Below are positions 38,346 through 51,914 of a stretch of 64,000 nucleotides of DNA, piece after piece (within the stretch, counting starts at the first letter, position 1; each line of letters begins with the position of its first letter). The stretch covers positions 73,945,408 to 74,009,407 of the forward strand of contig NC_068990.1 of the NCBI RefSeq assembly GCF_001194135.2, given 5' to 3'. Source of the stretch: Octopus bimaculoides. Its lineage: Eukaryota. Made by a program: the position numbers and the translations under genes. The notes under the pieces are model-generated. The model ran no database searches, had not been told where the DNA came from, and was given only the letters and a program-made list of their open reading frames with translations.

Positions 38346-38624
38346 TATGTGTATGTATGTATGTGTGTATGTATGTATGTATGTATGTATGTCTGTATGC
38401 ATGTATGTATGTTTGTATGTATGTATGTTTGTATGTATGTATGTATAGCATTTTAACATTCAACTCTGTTTCATATGTTATTTATCTTTTCATAGACATT
38501 TAATATTGTTACATTGTTGAAGACGTTGTCTTGGGATTCTCTTGGACTACATACTTAGAAATAATGTGTATTAACTCCTTGAAAGCTTTGGTCCATTTGG
38601 CAATTTCTCTAAACACATAAGGGT

Positions 38625-38760
38625 AATGGGTAAAGACCCCGCTTCAGTTGTGAATGACCATGGGATTGCACCTAGAAAGTTCCCCTTCAAGGCACAAGTC
38701 TGGACAAGGTTGTTTATGGAAGACCAGCAGTCACCCATGCATACAAGACCGATACAACTT
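38625..38760 (+). repeat. dispersed repeat, second copy at ~58590-58720
   Basis: Both copies share AAAGACCCC.TTCAGT..T.AATGACCATG.G.TTG.ACC.AGAAAGTT.CCCT...AGTC..G...AGGTTGTTT.ATGGAAGACCAGCA. Confidence 0.75.
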
Positions 38761-39529
38761 AGCACCAGTAACATCACAATTCATTTCTACAGCTGACTGA
38801 AATAGATTGCCTTGCTCAAGAACAGAACACACAGCCCAGTCTGAGAATCGAACTCACTACTTCGTGATTGTAAGCCGGATGATCTAACCACTGAGGCATG
38901 TGCCTTCACTACAAACATATAAACAATCTAAATTAGTAGAAGAGTGATTATGTAGTTTATTCACCTGCTAGAAAAAGCAAACCACTCTCCTTGAAATGAC
39001 ATCATGCTGTCTTATTAAAGGAAGGACACATTGGATTGCGTAGTACTTGGGTGGTCATGACTGGAATGCCAGCAAACAACTGTAAACGTTTCTTTAAGAT
39101 ATTAAGGTAAAAATTAGATATGTTAGTGGCAGAATGTGAAAGTGTAGACATGGCCTTGGGGTTAGGAAGTTTTTGCTGTGCAACAAGGTTGTTTTGAGTT
39201 CAAATCCTTCAGCAGGATGCCTTGGGCAAGTTTCCTCGTCTATGGCTCTGGGGTGTTTATGCTTTGCAAAGAAATCTGGCAGATGGAATCTGTTGGAAGC
39301 CTATTATACACCCACCCACCTATACACACACACCACACACTTGCACATACATACATATATGTCTGTCTGTCTGTCTTTATGTATGTATGTATGCATTATG
39401 TATGTACGTACGTATGTATGTATGTATGTATGTATGTATGTATAAGCAAATATAAGCAAAGTGGCTAGTTAGAAAATCTCTATAAGAGAAAAAGTAGTAA
39501 CTATACTGAGAAGTAATGTTTATCACTAC

Positions 39530-39840
39530 TTCGACATGGCTGTTCCATATATACTGCTTTTAACCCCAGCAGGAATCGTCCTCCAGCTAGTTATCAAGGC
39601 AATCTGCATATGATATATATTGCAGGCAGGGGAGTGAATCACTACCATCTTCTAGCAATTATGAGGGGAAAACCAGACAGTCAGGTTTCGAGCTATTTGT
39701 GTTCATTCTCAGTGGTGGATACCCACAGGGGTTCACTCCCCTGCTTGCAATATATATCAGGTGCAGATTGCATCGATAACCAGCTGGGGGAGGCTTCCTC
39801 CTGGATGTAAAAATGGTAGTAACAGAGCAGCTATGTTAAA
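39530..39840. mobile_element. MITE-like foldback with ~105-bp imperfect TIRs
   Basis: 39533-39640 (..CCAGCTAGTTATCAAGGCAATCTGCATATGATATATATTGCAGGCAGGGGAGTGAA) is the inverted repeat of 39731-39836 (TTCACTCCCCTGCTTGCAATATATATCAGGTGCAGATTGCATCGATAACCAGCTGG..). The spacer is about 90 bp. Confidence 0.8.
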
Positions 39841-39860
39841 GTGGCAATACACATTACTTC

Positions 39861-39894
<34 letters not shown>

Positions 39895-39897
<3 letters not shown>

Positions 39898-40428
39898 GGT
39901 GACCCAAAAAACAGACCACACAAATCTTTGAATAAAACTGTTAGAATAAAACAATGCAGAGGGTTAGATCGAGATGAACAGTGGTTCCAACAAGACAAGC
40001 GTCACTCCACCACACATCAAATGACTCCCTAGCCTGGCTGAGAGAGCGATTTCAAGAGAGACTGATCAGCAGGAAGTGTGACATTGAGTGGGCACCGTAT
40101 TCACTGGACTTGAACCCAGCCTAGATTTTTATCTGTTGGGGTATCTCAAGGTAATGTTTACCAGAACAAACTTCAAACGATTGGTGAACTGAAGGCAACA
40201 ATCACAGGAGAAATCAGGGAAATCCGCAAAGAGGAATGTGTTCAAGTAATTGACAATTTAGCATGACGCATGCCATTTGGAGCATATTTTGAAAAGAACA
40301 TGACTTTTATGCAAAGGGAATGGTCATACACAGGCCGGAGTTTAAGTCAAGTAAATTTCAAGAAATTTGCAGGACCTTTGTGGGATTTAATAAAATTTTG
40401 ATGAGTTCTGTATTTTGGGGGGGTCACC

Positions 40429-40431
<3 letters not shown>
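39895..40431 (+). mobile_element. Tc1/mariner non-autonomous element, rosa-like (~DD41D) remnant, in (TA)n
   Basis: TIRs are CAGGGTGACCC...GGGTCACCCTG with TA-repeat flanks. Internally it reads WFQQD..TPHTSNDSLAWLRERFQERLISRKCDIEWAPYSLDLNP.DFYLLGYLK, about 41 residues between the D's after frameshift correction. Confidence 0.85.
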
Positions 40432-40475
<44 letters not shown>

Positions 40476-40904
40476 CATATATATATATATAATGCATTGG
40501 AGCATANNNNNNNNNNNNNNNNNNNNNNNNNNNNNNNNNNNNNNNNNNNNNNNNNNNNNNNNNNNNNNNNNNNNNNNNNNNNNNNNNNNNNNNNNNNNNN
40601 NNNNNNNNNNNNNNNNNNNNNNNNNNNNNNNNNNNNNNNNNNNNNNNNNNNNNNNNNNNNNNNNNNNNNNNNNNNNNNNNNNNNNNNNNNNNNNNNNNNN
40701 NNNNNNNNNNNNNNNNNNNNNNNNNNNNNNNNNNNNNNNNNNNNNNNNNNNNNNNNNNNNNNNNNNNNNNNNNNNNNNNNNNNNNNNNNNNNNNNNNNNN
40801 NNNNNNNNNNNNNNNNNNNNNNNNNNNNNNNNNNNNNNNNNNNNNNNNNNNNNNNNNNNNNNNNNNNNNNNNNNNNNNNNNNNNNNNNNNNNNNNNNNNN
40901 NNNN

Positions 40905-41532
40905 TCATCATCATCATCATCATCATCATCATCGTTTAACGTCTGCTTTCCATGCTAGCATGGGTTGGACGATTTGACTGAGGACTGGTGAAACCGGATG
41001 GCAACACCAGGCTCCAATCTAATTTGGCAGAGTTTCTACAGCTGGATGCCCTTCCTAACGCCAACCACTCAGAGAGTGTAGTGGGTGCTTTTACGTGTCA
41101 CCCGCACGAAGGCCAGTCAGGCGTCTTTTATGTGCCACCCGCACAAGAGCCAGTCCAGGGGTACTTGCAATGATCTCGCTCGAAAATCCTACGAAGGCCA
41201 GTCAGGTGGTACTGGCAATGGCCACGCTCAAAATGGTGCATCTTATGTGCCACCCGCACAAGAGCCAGTCCAGGGGCACTGGCAACAATCTCACTTGGCT
41301 TGCCGGGTCTTCTCACGCACAGCACATTTCCAAAGGTCTCGGTCAGTAGTCATCGCCTCGGTGAGGCCCAATGTTTGAAGGTCTTGCCTCACCACCTCAG
41401 CCCAGGTCTTCCTGGGCCTACCTCTTCCAGGGCCTACCTCTTCCACAGGTTCCCTCAACTGTTAGGGTGTGGCACTTTTTCACGCAGCTATCCTCATCCA
41501 TTCTCACCACATGTCCATACCAGCGCAATCTC
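40905..41532 (-). mobile_element. RTE LINE 3' end (~630 bp)
   Basis: The minus strand gives RLRWYGHVVRMDEDSCVKKCHTLTVEGTCGRGRP..RKTWAEVVRQDLQTLGLTEAMTTDRDLWKCAVREKTRQAK*, a classic RTE C-terminus. It has a 15-16-nt internal duplication (GGAAGAGGTAGGCCC twice) and a (GAT)n tail at the gap edge. Confidence 0.9.
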
Positions 41533-43441
41533 TATATATATATATTCTCCAACCCATGCTAGCATGGAAAGTGGACGTTAAATGATATATATATATATAT
41601 ATCTGTGTGTGTGTGTGAGTAGGTACATGTTTGTGCTTTTCTTATACTGCTTGCATTGTGCAATGTATGTTTTATTAAATGCCCCATAACTTAGCATTCT
41701 GGCAAAAGGGAAAAGATAGATTTAATTAGATTAGACTTGAAATAAGTACTAAGGTTGATTTGATTGACTACAAAAAAAATCCTTCAGAGCTGAGTCCCAG
41801 CATGGTTACAGCCCAGTTATTGAAACAAGTGAAAGAATAAAAGAAAGGCATTGTGAAAGAGCTTTGTTAAATAATGCCAAATGAACAATAGTTAAACTTT
41901 CTATCTGAAGTGAACAATGTATAAGTTCATCAGTTTTGTTTTTTTTGCATTCTTTTTCACTTAGCAACTCACATGGTACCATGGTTGTCTATACAGCTAA
42001 AAGTGCTCTTATTTACTTATTTGCATTAAGAGTTCAGCATAAATTTTAATTTAGTTCAATTAAAGAAGAATTCGACAGCAATAATAGCTTTCAGAATTTA
42101 TAAAGAGAGTAAAAAAAAAAAAAAGTTAAANNNNNNNNNNAAAAAAAAAAAAAAAAAGGAAAAAGCAGAGAGAAAGATGCATTTCAATATTTTATTTTTT
42201 TTTTTTCTAGAAAAATTAAACTTTTAAATATTTTATAACAAAATATATACTATCATTAAATAAACAAGGTAAATTTTAAGTTTTTAAAAAATTCATTATT
42301 GTTGTTATTATCATCATCGTTGTTGTCGTCATCATCATCACCATCATCATCATCATTATTTATATTAGTATTAGTATTATTATTAATTTCTCTTTATGGG
42401 GAAATCTGACTGGAAGTTTTACAAATAGCTTTGACTTATGCTTATCATTAGTTCCAATATCATGTTTGTATTTATTTACTTACAAACATTTATTTATTGT
42501 AATTCTTATTTTTTTTTGGGGGGGGGGGTTGCAGTGTTTTGTTTTGTTCCTTCTTCACTTGCATGCTAGTGAGCTTAAATATTCTATCAGTGTCCTGGGA
42601 ATCAAACTTAAGTTTGTCATGATCTCAAAGCAAGGGAAATTTATTCTTGTGTACTGGAATCATTATTTTATCTCTAGGGAGTCTAAAAATGCATAATGAT
42701 GTGGTACATAACTTCTGGTCAGAAGACAAAAAACAAAAAATAAACTTTTAACGCATATACATACATGCATATACACGCATAAATACACACACCACAAGCC
42801 CATATTAGCACAAATCACACATACATAAATACACACTCTATTGGCATATATTAACACAAAAACACACATGCACATATATATTAACACAAATAACTACACA
42901 CATTCACACACTAACAATCAAATGTAGAGAAGGAAACAGCATTTATTTCGTTTCATTTTTTTTATCTTTAAACAAGAAAATAAACAATAAAAACAAAAAA
43001 AGTCAGAAATATATGAGTAAACAAAATATATATAAATAAACAATGAAATTATTCAGTTTGCAATAAATGACTAATCAGTCTCATCATTTTGATGTTATGA
43101 CAGAAATAGAAAGAATTTAGAAGTTACATTTTTTTTAATGTGAAGAAAATATATCAACATATTTGTTTTTTCCTATCATTCTGCTGTCATATCAATGAGA
43201 AAATATCTACACTCTTTTATTTATCTATCTATTTACTTATTTATTTAGTTTTTTAATCAACATTTTCTATGACAAAAACAAAATATGTTGTATGTATAAG
43301 TACTATTGAATGATAGCCCAGATATTTTGAAGTATCACTATGTATTTCTCACCATCTTTTGCAAATGCTAATATTTCTCTGTAAACTTTGACACTTAGAA
43401 ATTATTTCAGTTAATATTTTCCATTTATTATTTTAATGCAT

Positions 43442-43472
<31 letters not shown>

Positions 43473-44289
43473 ATATATATGTATACACACACACACACAT
43501 ACATACACACATATATATATTACTTTCTTGGGGTGTTTTATTATTACTGCTTTTAGTGTATTTTTTTTACTTCCTTTCTTTCTTGTTGATCTCATACATG
43601 GACATATGGTAGATTCCAGTTAAATACCTCGAGGGATACATTACATTGAGTGTCAAAATAAATAAATAAATAAATATTAAAAAATATATGAACTCCTACA
43701 TAAATGGCATGAGAGAATGTTATACAACATATAAGCTTCATTTCACAGCTCAACTAAAGAAGAATTTGCCAAGTTAAGACAGCCACAATGAGTAATTAAA
43801 CATATCTGTTACCCAGAGGGAAAATTAGACTTTTTGTTTGCAAAGGCAATTATTATTATTATTATTATCATTATTATTATTATTGTTATGATTATTATTA
43901 TTATTATGGTTATTATTATTTGGGCAGTGAGTTTAGTATGCTGGACAAAATGCTTAGCAACATTTTATTCCAGCTTTACATTCTGTGTTCAAATGCCTCC
44001 AAGTTGACTTTGCCTTCCATTCTTTCAGGGCCAATAAAATAAAGTAACAGTTGAACTTTGAAGCTTATGTAATTGACTAACCACCTCCCCAGGAATTTCA
44101 GGACTTATGCCTACAGTAGAAAGGCTGTAGTCTACTCAGCCGTAATGCGTAACCAGGTGTGTACCTGGTGCAGCCTGTCTCCCTCTGACTGTCACATCTT
44201 GAATGCTGGCTGTTTCATTGGGTCAAGATTGAAGGCATGAGGTGGGAGGGGGTCAAGAGGACGTCTAGGACTGTTCGCAAATACATACA

Positions 44290-44625
44290 ATTGGTTCTGT
44301 GGTAAGAAGTTTGTTTCCCAACTCCTATGGTTCTGGGTTTAGTTCCACTGCATGGAAGCTTTGGCAAGTGTCTTCTACTATAACCTTGGATCAGCCAAAA
44401 CCTTGTAGGTGAATTTGGTAGTTGGAAACTGAAAGAAGCCCATCGTATGTGTGTCTTGTGTCTGTGTTTAAGTCCCAGTACCTTAGTGGTTCAGTAAAAG
44501 TGAACGATAAAATGAATACCAGGTTTTAAAAAATGGCAAGTATTGGGGTCAATTCATTTGACTAAAATGTTCTTCAATGTGGTGCCTCATTATGGCTGCA
44601 GCTTAATGACTGAAACAATTAAAAT
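44290..44625 (+). mobile_element. same SINE family, minimal internal microsatellite
   Basis: The head (GGTTCTGTGGTAAGAAG..) runs to GAAAGAAGCCCATCG, then a short TG tract and a partial tail. Confidence 0.7.
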
Positions 44626-45387
44626 ACAAAAGATGAAAGATAAGCACCACTAAGCAATTAATGAATACATGGTACACCTTTGTAAGTGATGGCAGGTGGC
44701 ACTGCTAAACTATGTCAAGGCAGGAATGATGAAAACACAGGATGGTCAGCCTCTTCCAGCTTGACCAAACCTGATCTGAAACAATAACAAAAAAGAAAAC
44801 TCCCCAAAGGTTCCAGAGTAAAATCAGAAGCATGTCTGAGAATTGTAGCCATTGTTTTGACTGAGCTTTAATCGTATGGTAGATAGTACCTTAACTTTTA
44901 CCTGTTGCATTTGAGAGACTTTCTCTTGATATGACCCAGAGAAGTTTAACCTACAAAGGATGCTTTGTGTGTTACTTGACCCTACTAGAAATAGAAGCAA
45001 AACCTTTCATTCCCATCCTTTCATAAGCAGAAATAAATAAGGTTTCTCTTTCTCCGGGATTATCTCCTGTCACAAAAAAATGCAGATCAACTTCACAAAA
45101 ATACTTTCACCAACACTGTAAACATGATAGGTCTAAACATTTCATTTGTTCATTTTGAATTAAGGAAAGATTCCTTATATGACAACTTCTGTATGAGTAG
45201 ACCACAGTATTTAACTTCATGTAACCATCCCTTTCCTTCTTCTCTTGTTACCAATACTTCTATTGTTATATTTGAAATTAGTAATTTGAGAATTTGAGAT
45301 ATTTTCTTCTATTAATTCTTGACTATACTCTTCATTTTTTCCTACCTCTTTCTTGTAGATTAAGTTTTTTCTACGGATTTTCTACAG

Positions 45388-45439
45388 AATTTCGAGTAAT
45401 CACTGAAAGTTATGATGTTTCATATGCAAACACATTTAT
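45388..45439 (+). CDS. candidate 52-nt internal coding exon of an unidentified host gene (xFRVITESYDVSYANTFx)
   Basis: The acceptor is TTTTCTACAG and the donor is AT|GTAAGC. Only one of three frames is open. It sits in non-repetitive sequence, and I recognise no homology. Confidence 0.3.
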
Positions 45440-48400
45440 GTAAGCAATGCAAACAAAGATAGAAAAATAGTAATGGCTGTATATGCATCTTTCAGGAGTT
45501 ATTGCTTCTTCCTCAGCACCAAATCCAACCCATTAACCATCAATGGACACATTGCTTAGATATCCACTAAATTTAGTGGTGTGACACAATTGGATATACC
45601 AACTTACTTATTAAATCACATTTGTTATAACTGATATATATACATTGCTGGCTCTAAATTCCATAGAAAATCTGTAGAAATAAACTTAAAAGTGTTTGTC
45701 TTGCACTGCTAACACAAAAGTAGGACACAGTATTGATTATAAACTTTCAATATATATTTAGCAGTATATTATTGTTGCAAAATGAAGTATGATGTCCCTA
45801 CCAGCAATTAAGTTGTGTGTTTTGATTTTGTTATTTGTTTATTTTTCTTTATGCCATTATTGTATTCAGTGTTGTAGCATAAGTATGTTTGGTAGTATTT
45901 TGGATATGAAAATAAAATATGTGTAAATAGAATTTGTCTTTGTCTATCCCTGAGTATCAAGAGCTGGCCTTCCTTAGGGAATTATAGTTGAGTCGGTTTT
46001 TTTTTTCACAAGTACTCCAAGAGAAATTTCATTAGGTAGTGACTGAATAAAATGTTTATCATTGAGAGAAGGATAACAGTGTCTTCAGACTATGAGAATC
46101 ATATGTGATAATAACGACAAGAATAATTCATTTCTAAAGATTCTTTCTTAATGATCTCAATTTCATGATTGCTTCATAAAATTTCATTAATTCCTTATTG
46201 ATTTAACATTGTTTCATCGACTCTACATTGCTTTTAGCTCCAGTTCACTTCTGATTCTAACCATGGCTATCAAGTCACTGTTGGAGAGTCTAGTATTGCA
46301 TTATCTAGTATTTTCTTATTTAAGACTAGCAGGATCAAGTAACACCTAAAGAATCTCTTGTAGGTTTAACTTGATTCATCACCAATTGTTCCTGTTACTG
46401 CAATTGAGCTTAATTAATACTGTTTCCCTCCTGTGGTAATTTGATTTGAGGTAGATTTGACTGCTACTTCCAGGAGATCATGTGGCTATTCTGAGGCTCC
46501 CTCATCAATATAAAATTGTGCTCCATTATTATATTCAATGGTTGATTTAATTTTAGCCATAGTATAATTTAAGTAAATAAGGCATTACATTAATCATGGT
46601 TGCGTGAACCAACACTATAGTTGAAGAACTAACTATAGTGAAGCATTTAAATCATGTCACGAGTAATGAATTGTGTCTTTGTATATATAGTTCTACACTC
46701 AACGACTTAATTCTTTCTTGTTGGAAAACAATAAATAGTTAATGTTTATGGACAAAATACAATCACAAAATGCTGCTTTCTAAAACTCATACAAATATCA
46801 CGAATCTATACAGTTAATGTCAGTCTGAGAGAAACAATAAGCAATCTATATACTAAATATGTCTAAAATCAAGGAAACCACTTATTCAAGGCTATTGCTT
46901 CTATTAAGTCTTTTGTGACTATATTTTTCATGAAATACATTCCCTGTATGTTTCAATTAATTTTGAAATTACTCGATAACTTAGATGGGTTTAGTAAAAT
47001 AAATAAGCATATTTTATTAAAATGGTTTCTGGTACATAACTTAAGGAAGAGGTCTCACATGAAATTTTATGAAAATAAATTTGAATCTAAAATATGACAG
47101 CTGTAAAAGGAGAGGTTTTGTATTCTAGAACCAGAGGCTGGTCTCCAGCAGGTCATTATCAAAAGTGTTTGGATGCCTAACAATATATGATTTACTTGCT
47201 TTCATTTTATTTTTTTTTTAAACAGTTCTTGCTAGTTAGTTAGGGCTGGCTTTACTAACAAATGCTAAAATTTTGTTATGACAGATATAGGAGATTTACC
47301 ATTTGAATAAATATAATCTTTTATAAGAAGTAAATTCTATTGGTGTCCACATGAACAACTTACCAATTGAATACAGGAAAAAAAGAAAGAAAAAATTTAA
47401 ATAAAATTAATAAATATATATGTATATAAAAATATCAAGATAAAAGAAGCACTGCTTCAATTTCATTGACTATCTCTGTGATTGTCCAAAATGGTCATTG
47501 AATGTGCTTGTATGGTTATGTTGCTTATTGAAATGTGCCATGATACATGATATCTTTTATTCGAAAAGTTTAGCACCCCCCATTGTGAATCAGCAATATT
47601 CAGGATTCATAATCTCTGCAAGTTTATTGTGTTATTTTGTTATAAAGCTTAAAGCATCTGAAAGAAGTTCGCTTCATATCTATTTTCCATATCATATAGC
47701 ATCTCACTTTAAAATGGGTGCACTCTAAACCTAATGTTTATAGATATATTTCTTTTTCCCTTTTATTTTATACACACTTTTAGAGATGGAAGGGGTGAAA
47801 AAGTAAATAAATAATAAGAATAAATTGATTAGAATGTTATCGCTCTGATCATAATAATATTGTCGAAAAGGTAACTAAGAAAAGACAGAATTAATATTGT
47901 GGTTGAGAAATATGGAAAAATGAAAAGAAATTCATAACAATACAACAATAGGATGAATAGAGACTAGCCAGGAACATTTTAGAAAGATGTAACTTTATAA
48001 CTATGGTAATTTACAAGATATACCATCATATTGGCATCAGGTTTAATTTAAATCTATAATATAATGCCAAAGGAAAGAATATACCCGATGTTCAATGCTC
48101 CTCTTATGGTGAGAAGAGAGCATTATATAGGTTACCATAAATAGTTTAACAGGCTCATTAAAACATTTTTTCTGTTGTCTGTGATGGTAAAATATCACTT
48201 TTGGACAATTAAGTCAAGGGTTTGGCGAATTCTGTGAAAGACATTAATTACTGAAAAACAGTCTGCAGTTTCATAAAACAGCCCTTTGTGTTTGTTGACA
48301 ATTTGTTTGTATTTTTCACTTTTTCAGAAAGAATCTATCAACATCTTTTACTAAAGTTTCTGACATGTACTTTGATAGAAAATCATCTCAACTGTCTTTC

Positions 48401-49869
48401 TATTTCTAAGTAGCATAAGATTTCTTTGTTTAGTAGTTTATAGATTAAATTTTCTCTTTTACTATTGTCCATTATCAGCAAATCAACAATATATGATGAC
48501 AAGTAACATCTGAAAACTTAAAATCCAGCTTTGGGTTTCTTCTTTCAGCTAGGTTGAAAATAAATCTGTTGCAACCAAGATGAAACCTGAAGCTAGGTTG
48601 TACTGTCTTCTTAATATATCAGCAAGAGAGTGAACTCTTTTCAATAAATGTTAAACTTGTATCTAAGACAAAGCCTATAAAATAGTTTCAAACCCAGTTG
48701 AAGCCTTTCTATTTCACTATCTGCATGTGAGCTTGATATGGAGAAATATGGTGGGGCAATGGAAAAAGTTGAATGCAAACTTTTGAAGTAATTTACAATG
48801 TTTAGGGATTGGTTGCACTAAATTCTGAGTTCCAATCCTGCTTGGACCACCTTTTGTCTTTTATGCTTTTAGAGTGGATAAAAAAACAAAACAATGTCAT
48901 ACATGTAATGTAATTAATCCAATTGGCTATACCTAACTTTTATGCATTTAATACGGAATCAATACTTCAGCCACAAAGAAATTGGTTTTTTTTTTATCTG
49001 TCTCTTTATTTCTCCCCTACTTGATCTAGTGGCTATTGAAAAATGGCTTATAAGAAATTAATCAATATTAATGCTGAAGATGTGAAACATGCAAATCTAT
49101 AAAACCCATATGACAATGCTCAGTTTTGATGATAATACAGTGATGATGATTATGAAAAGGATGATGATAAGGATGATGACAAAGATGACAATGGCGATGA
49201 TGATGATGATGATGATAATGATGATACAAGGATCCTTGCATGCAATACAAAACTGTGTTATACAAAATAGTTATGAAACATGTAGAAATGTGTACATACT
49301 TTATAAACAGAAATAAGCAAAAAATGTAATATTTTGAAATTCTGAGTTCCAGTCCTGCTTGGACCAATCCTTGTCTTTTATGCTTTTAGAGTGGATAAAA
49401 AAAGAAGCAATGTCATGCATGTAATGTAATTAATCCAATTGGCTATACCCATCTTTTATGCATTTAATATGAAATCAATACTTCAGCTACAAAATGTAAT
49501 AAAAAACATAAACGTGAGTAACCTACACACACAGAAATAAGAAGTTACCACATAGATTGGATCAATGTACCTCGTTACTATAAACTCTCTCCTGCACAGA
49601 TCATTTGTTGTAAACGAGATCTGAATTTTCCCAATCAATATTTTTGGCACTAGTCACACTGCAAAGGGTCCCACATCCTCTGAAGGATAGATATAAGACT
49701 CTTGGCTGTCAATAAACCGTTGACAGATCTCTTAGGTCTTGATAGATTGCTGATGTGGTCTTCAACACCCAGTTATCCTCTAGGGGTGGCTGGTATTCAA
49801 ATTTTGTTGCCCCATCAATTTGCACAGCATTTTGTTTTGCTCACTTTTAAAATTGTCATAAAATGAGAG

Positions 49870-50215
49870 TTCAGTAAAATAAAGTGATCATGTTCTATGG
49901 GCACGAACGTGTCTCTTGAGGCCTTGCAAACCTTTTGGTAAATGGAACAGGGTGAGGACTCAGTCTGCTTGAGTGCTTGTGGATTATTTACTATGTGTTT
50001 TCTTAAGTGGACCGCAAGGTCTGCTTTGCTTCATGCCACAAAACCACAATGACAGGAAAGGTTTCTATTTAGAGGAGCAGTGTTTTGCCAACGTGCCTTC
50101 ATGCTTGCATGAAGTTCGTCCCAATATTGGAATCGATTTTGCTCAAATTTTTTAAATGAGGAGAAGCAGGGTGCCAAGTTCTGTGTTCTGATGCTTTGTT
50201 TTCCCAGGAAGAAAA
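49870..50215 (-). mobile_element. RTE-like LINE C-terminus with two degenerate C2H2 zinc fingers
   Basis: The minus translation is FKKFEQNRFQYWDELHA...LSCHCGFVA*SKADLAVHLRKH...PCSIYQKVCK-GLKRHVRAH, with an in-frame stop and a frameshift. Confidence 0.55.
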
Positions 50216-50279
50216 GGTAATGTATCTATCTTGTAGCTTTGAGATTTTAATGATGTGATTGCTAATTTTTTAAATGACA

Positions 50280-50368
50280 TTGTAGGGTAGGTGTGAGAGG
50301 CCAGTTTGAACATAAAACAAGTAGAATATTTGGGTTGGATATGGCTGGTTTAAATACAAAAGGGTTAA
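50280..50368 (-). mobile_element. TTAA MITE half copy
   Basis: The sequence GTTTGAACATAAAACAAGTAGAATATTTGGG...AAAGGG|TTAA matches one end of the family. Confidence 0.7.
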
Positions 50369-51914
50369 TTGTTATATTTCTTTCTTCATTTTTTAAAATG
50401 TGTCTTTTTGTGTTTTCAAAATTTGGTGAGGTACTTATTGACTGCTAACCTCATTATGGCTTGAACTTCTTCCCATCTCCACAATTGAAACCATTTTGCA
50501 CCACAAATAAATAGTTGAAATAACGATTTTGAATTTTGGTACAAAACCAGCAGTTTGGGGGAAGTAGGTAAGTCAATTATGTTGATCTCAGTACTCAACT
50601 GGTACTTATTTTATTGACCCCACCACCAAAAAAAAAAAAAAAAGGATGAAAGGCAAAATTGACCTCAGTAGAATTTGAACTCACAAAGTATAACCAGAAG
50701 AAATATATTGTCAGGTGTGCTAATGATTCTGCCATCTCGCTGCCTTAGCAACATTAATAATATTTTTTTTACTATAGGCACAAGGCCTGAAATATGGGGG
50801 GAGGGGGAGTAATTGATTATCTCAACCCCAATGCTCAACTGGTACTTATTTTATTGACCTTCAAAAACATGAGAGGCAAAGTTGGCCTTGGCAGAATTTG
50901 AACTCAGGCTGTAAGGACAGATGAAATGCTGCTAACATTTTGTCAGGCACGCTAATGGTTCTGCCATCTCACTGCCTGAAATAGTAGAAATAATAATGAT
51001 GAGTAAAAATGGATATAAGCTTAGAAACAATGCTCAGACGAATTTTTCTTTTCCCCTCCAGGTAATGGGGTAGACATCAACATATTTTGAAACCTTTTGT
51101 TGGTAATAAATAAATAGATAAAAAAAACAGTTTTCCATCAAGTAATATTGGAAGAAAATATCTCCTAAGTGGAGCTCCATTAAACTTGACCATTCAAAGT
51201 AAACCATAACAACAACAACAATAGCAATCATGATAAGGATGTTGATGATGATGATAATGATAATAATAATAGCAATGATGATGATGATGATGACAATAGT
51301 GGTGATGATGATGATAAAGCAGCTTTTTTTTTAATGACCAAAGAATTAGGTTAAATGCAAATACAATTTTTATATGGGCACTTGTGTATGAAATGAGGCA
51401 ATTAGTGATAATCAGAAATTTGAATAATTAATAATAAAAGTGAAGATGTCTGAAAGAGAGAAAGAGAGGGTGTGGGATGACGAGCAGAATATTTCAATGT
51501 CTCTTGTTTAATGCTGCATGGTCCCAAGATCAAATCCTGTTAGAAGCTTCTTTGCCATTTTCCTCTTCAAATTTTGACTAAATTAATATCGGAAATACAG
51601 CGAGATCAATTTGATTAACTATAAATGTCCCTTCATTGGGAAATTTGTGTTTTTTCTCCTTTAGCCATTAGAAGTCCTCGTCATCATAATCATCATCATC
51701 ATCATCATCGTTTTAATGTCTGCTTTTCCATGCTTGCGTGGTCTGACGGAATTTGCAAAGGTACATTTTTCTAAATGGTTGGTTGCCCTTTCTGTCTAGT
51801 GGAGGCATGTGGCTTAGTGGTTAGGGTGTTGGCTTCATGATCATAAAGTTGTGGTTTCAGTTCTTGGACCAGGTGACATGTTGTGTTCTTGAGCAAAACA
51901 CTCCATTTCATACA

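Noticed and set aside
46238-46340. LQFTSDSNHGYQ resembling a CUB-domain motif
   Set aside because: The spacing does not fit the motif, there is no good donor site, and two frames are open.
47500-47530. KMVIECACM resembling a TGF-beta/cystine-knot C-terminus
   Set aside because: The match is too short, the spacing is wrong, and there are no upstream cysteines or following stop.
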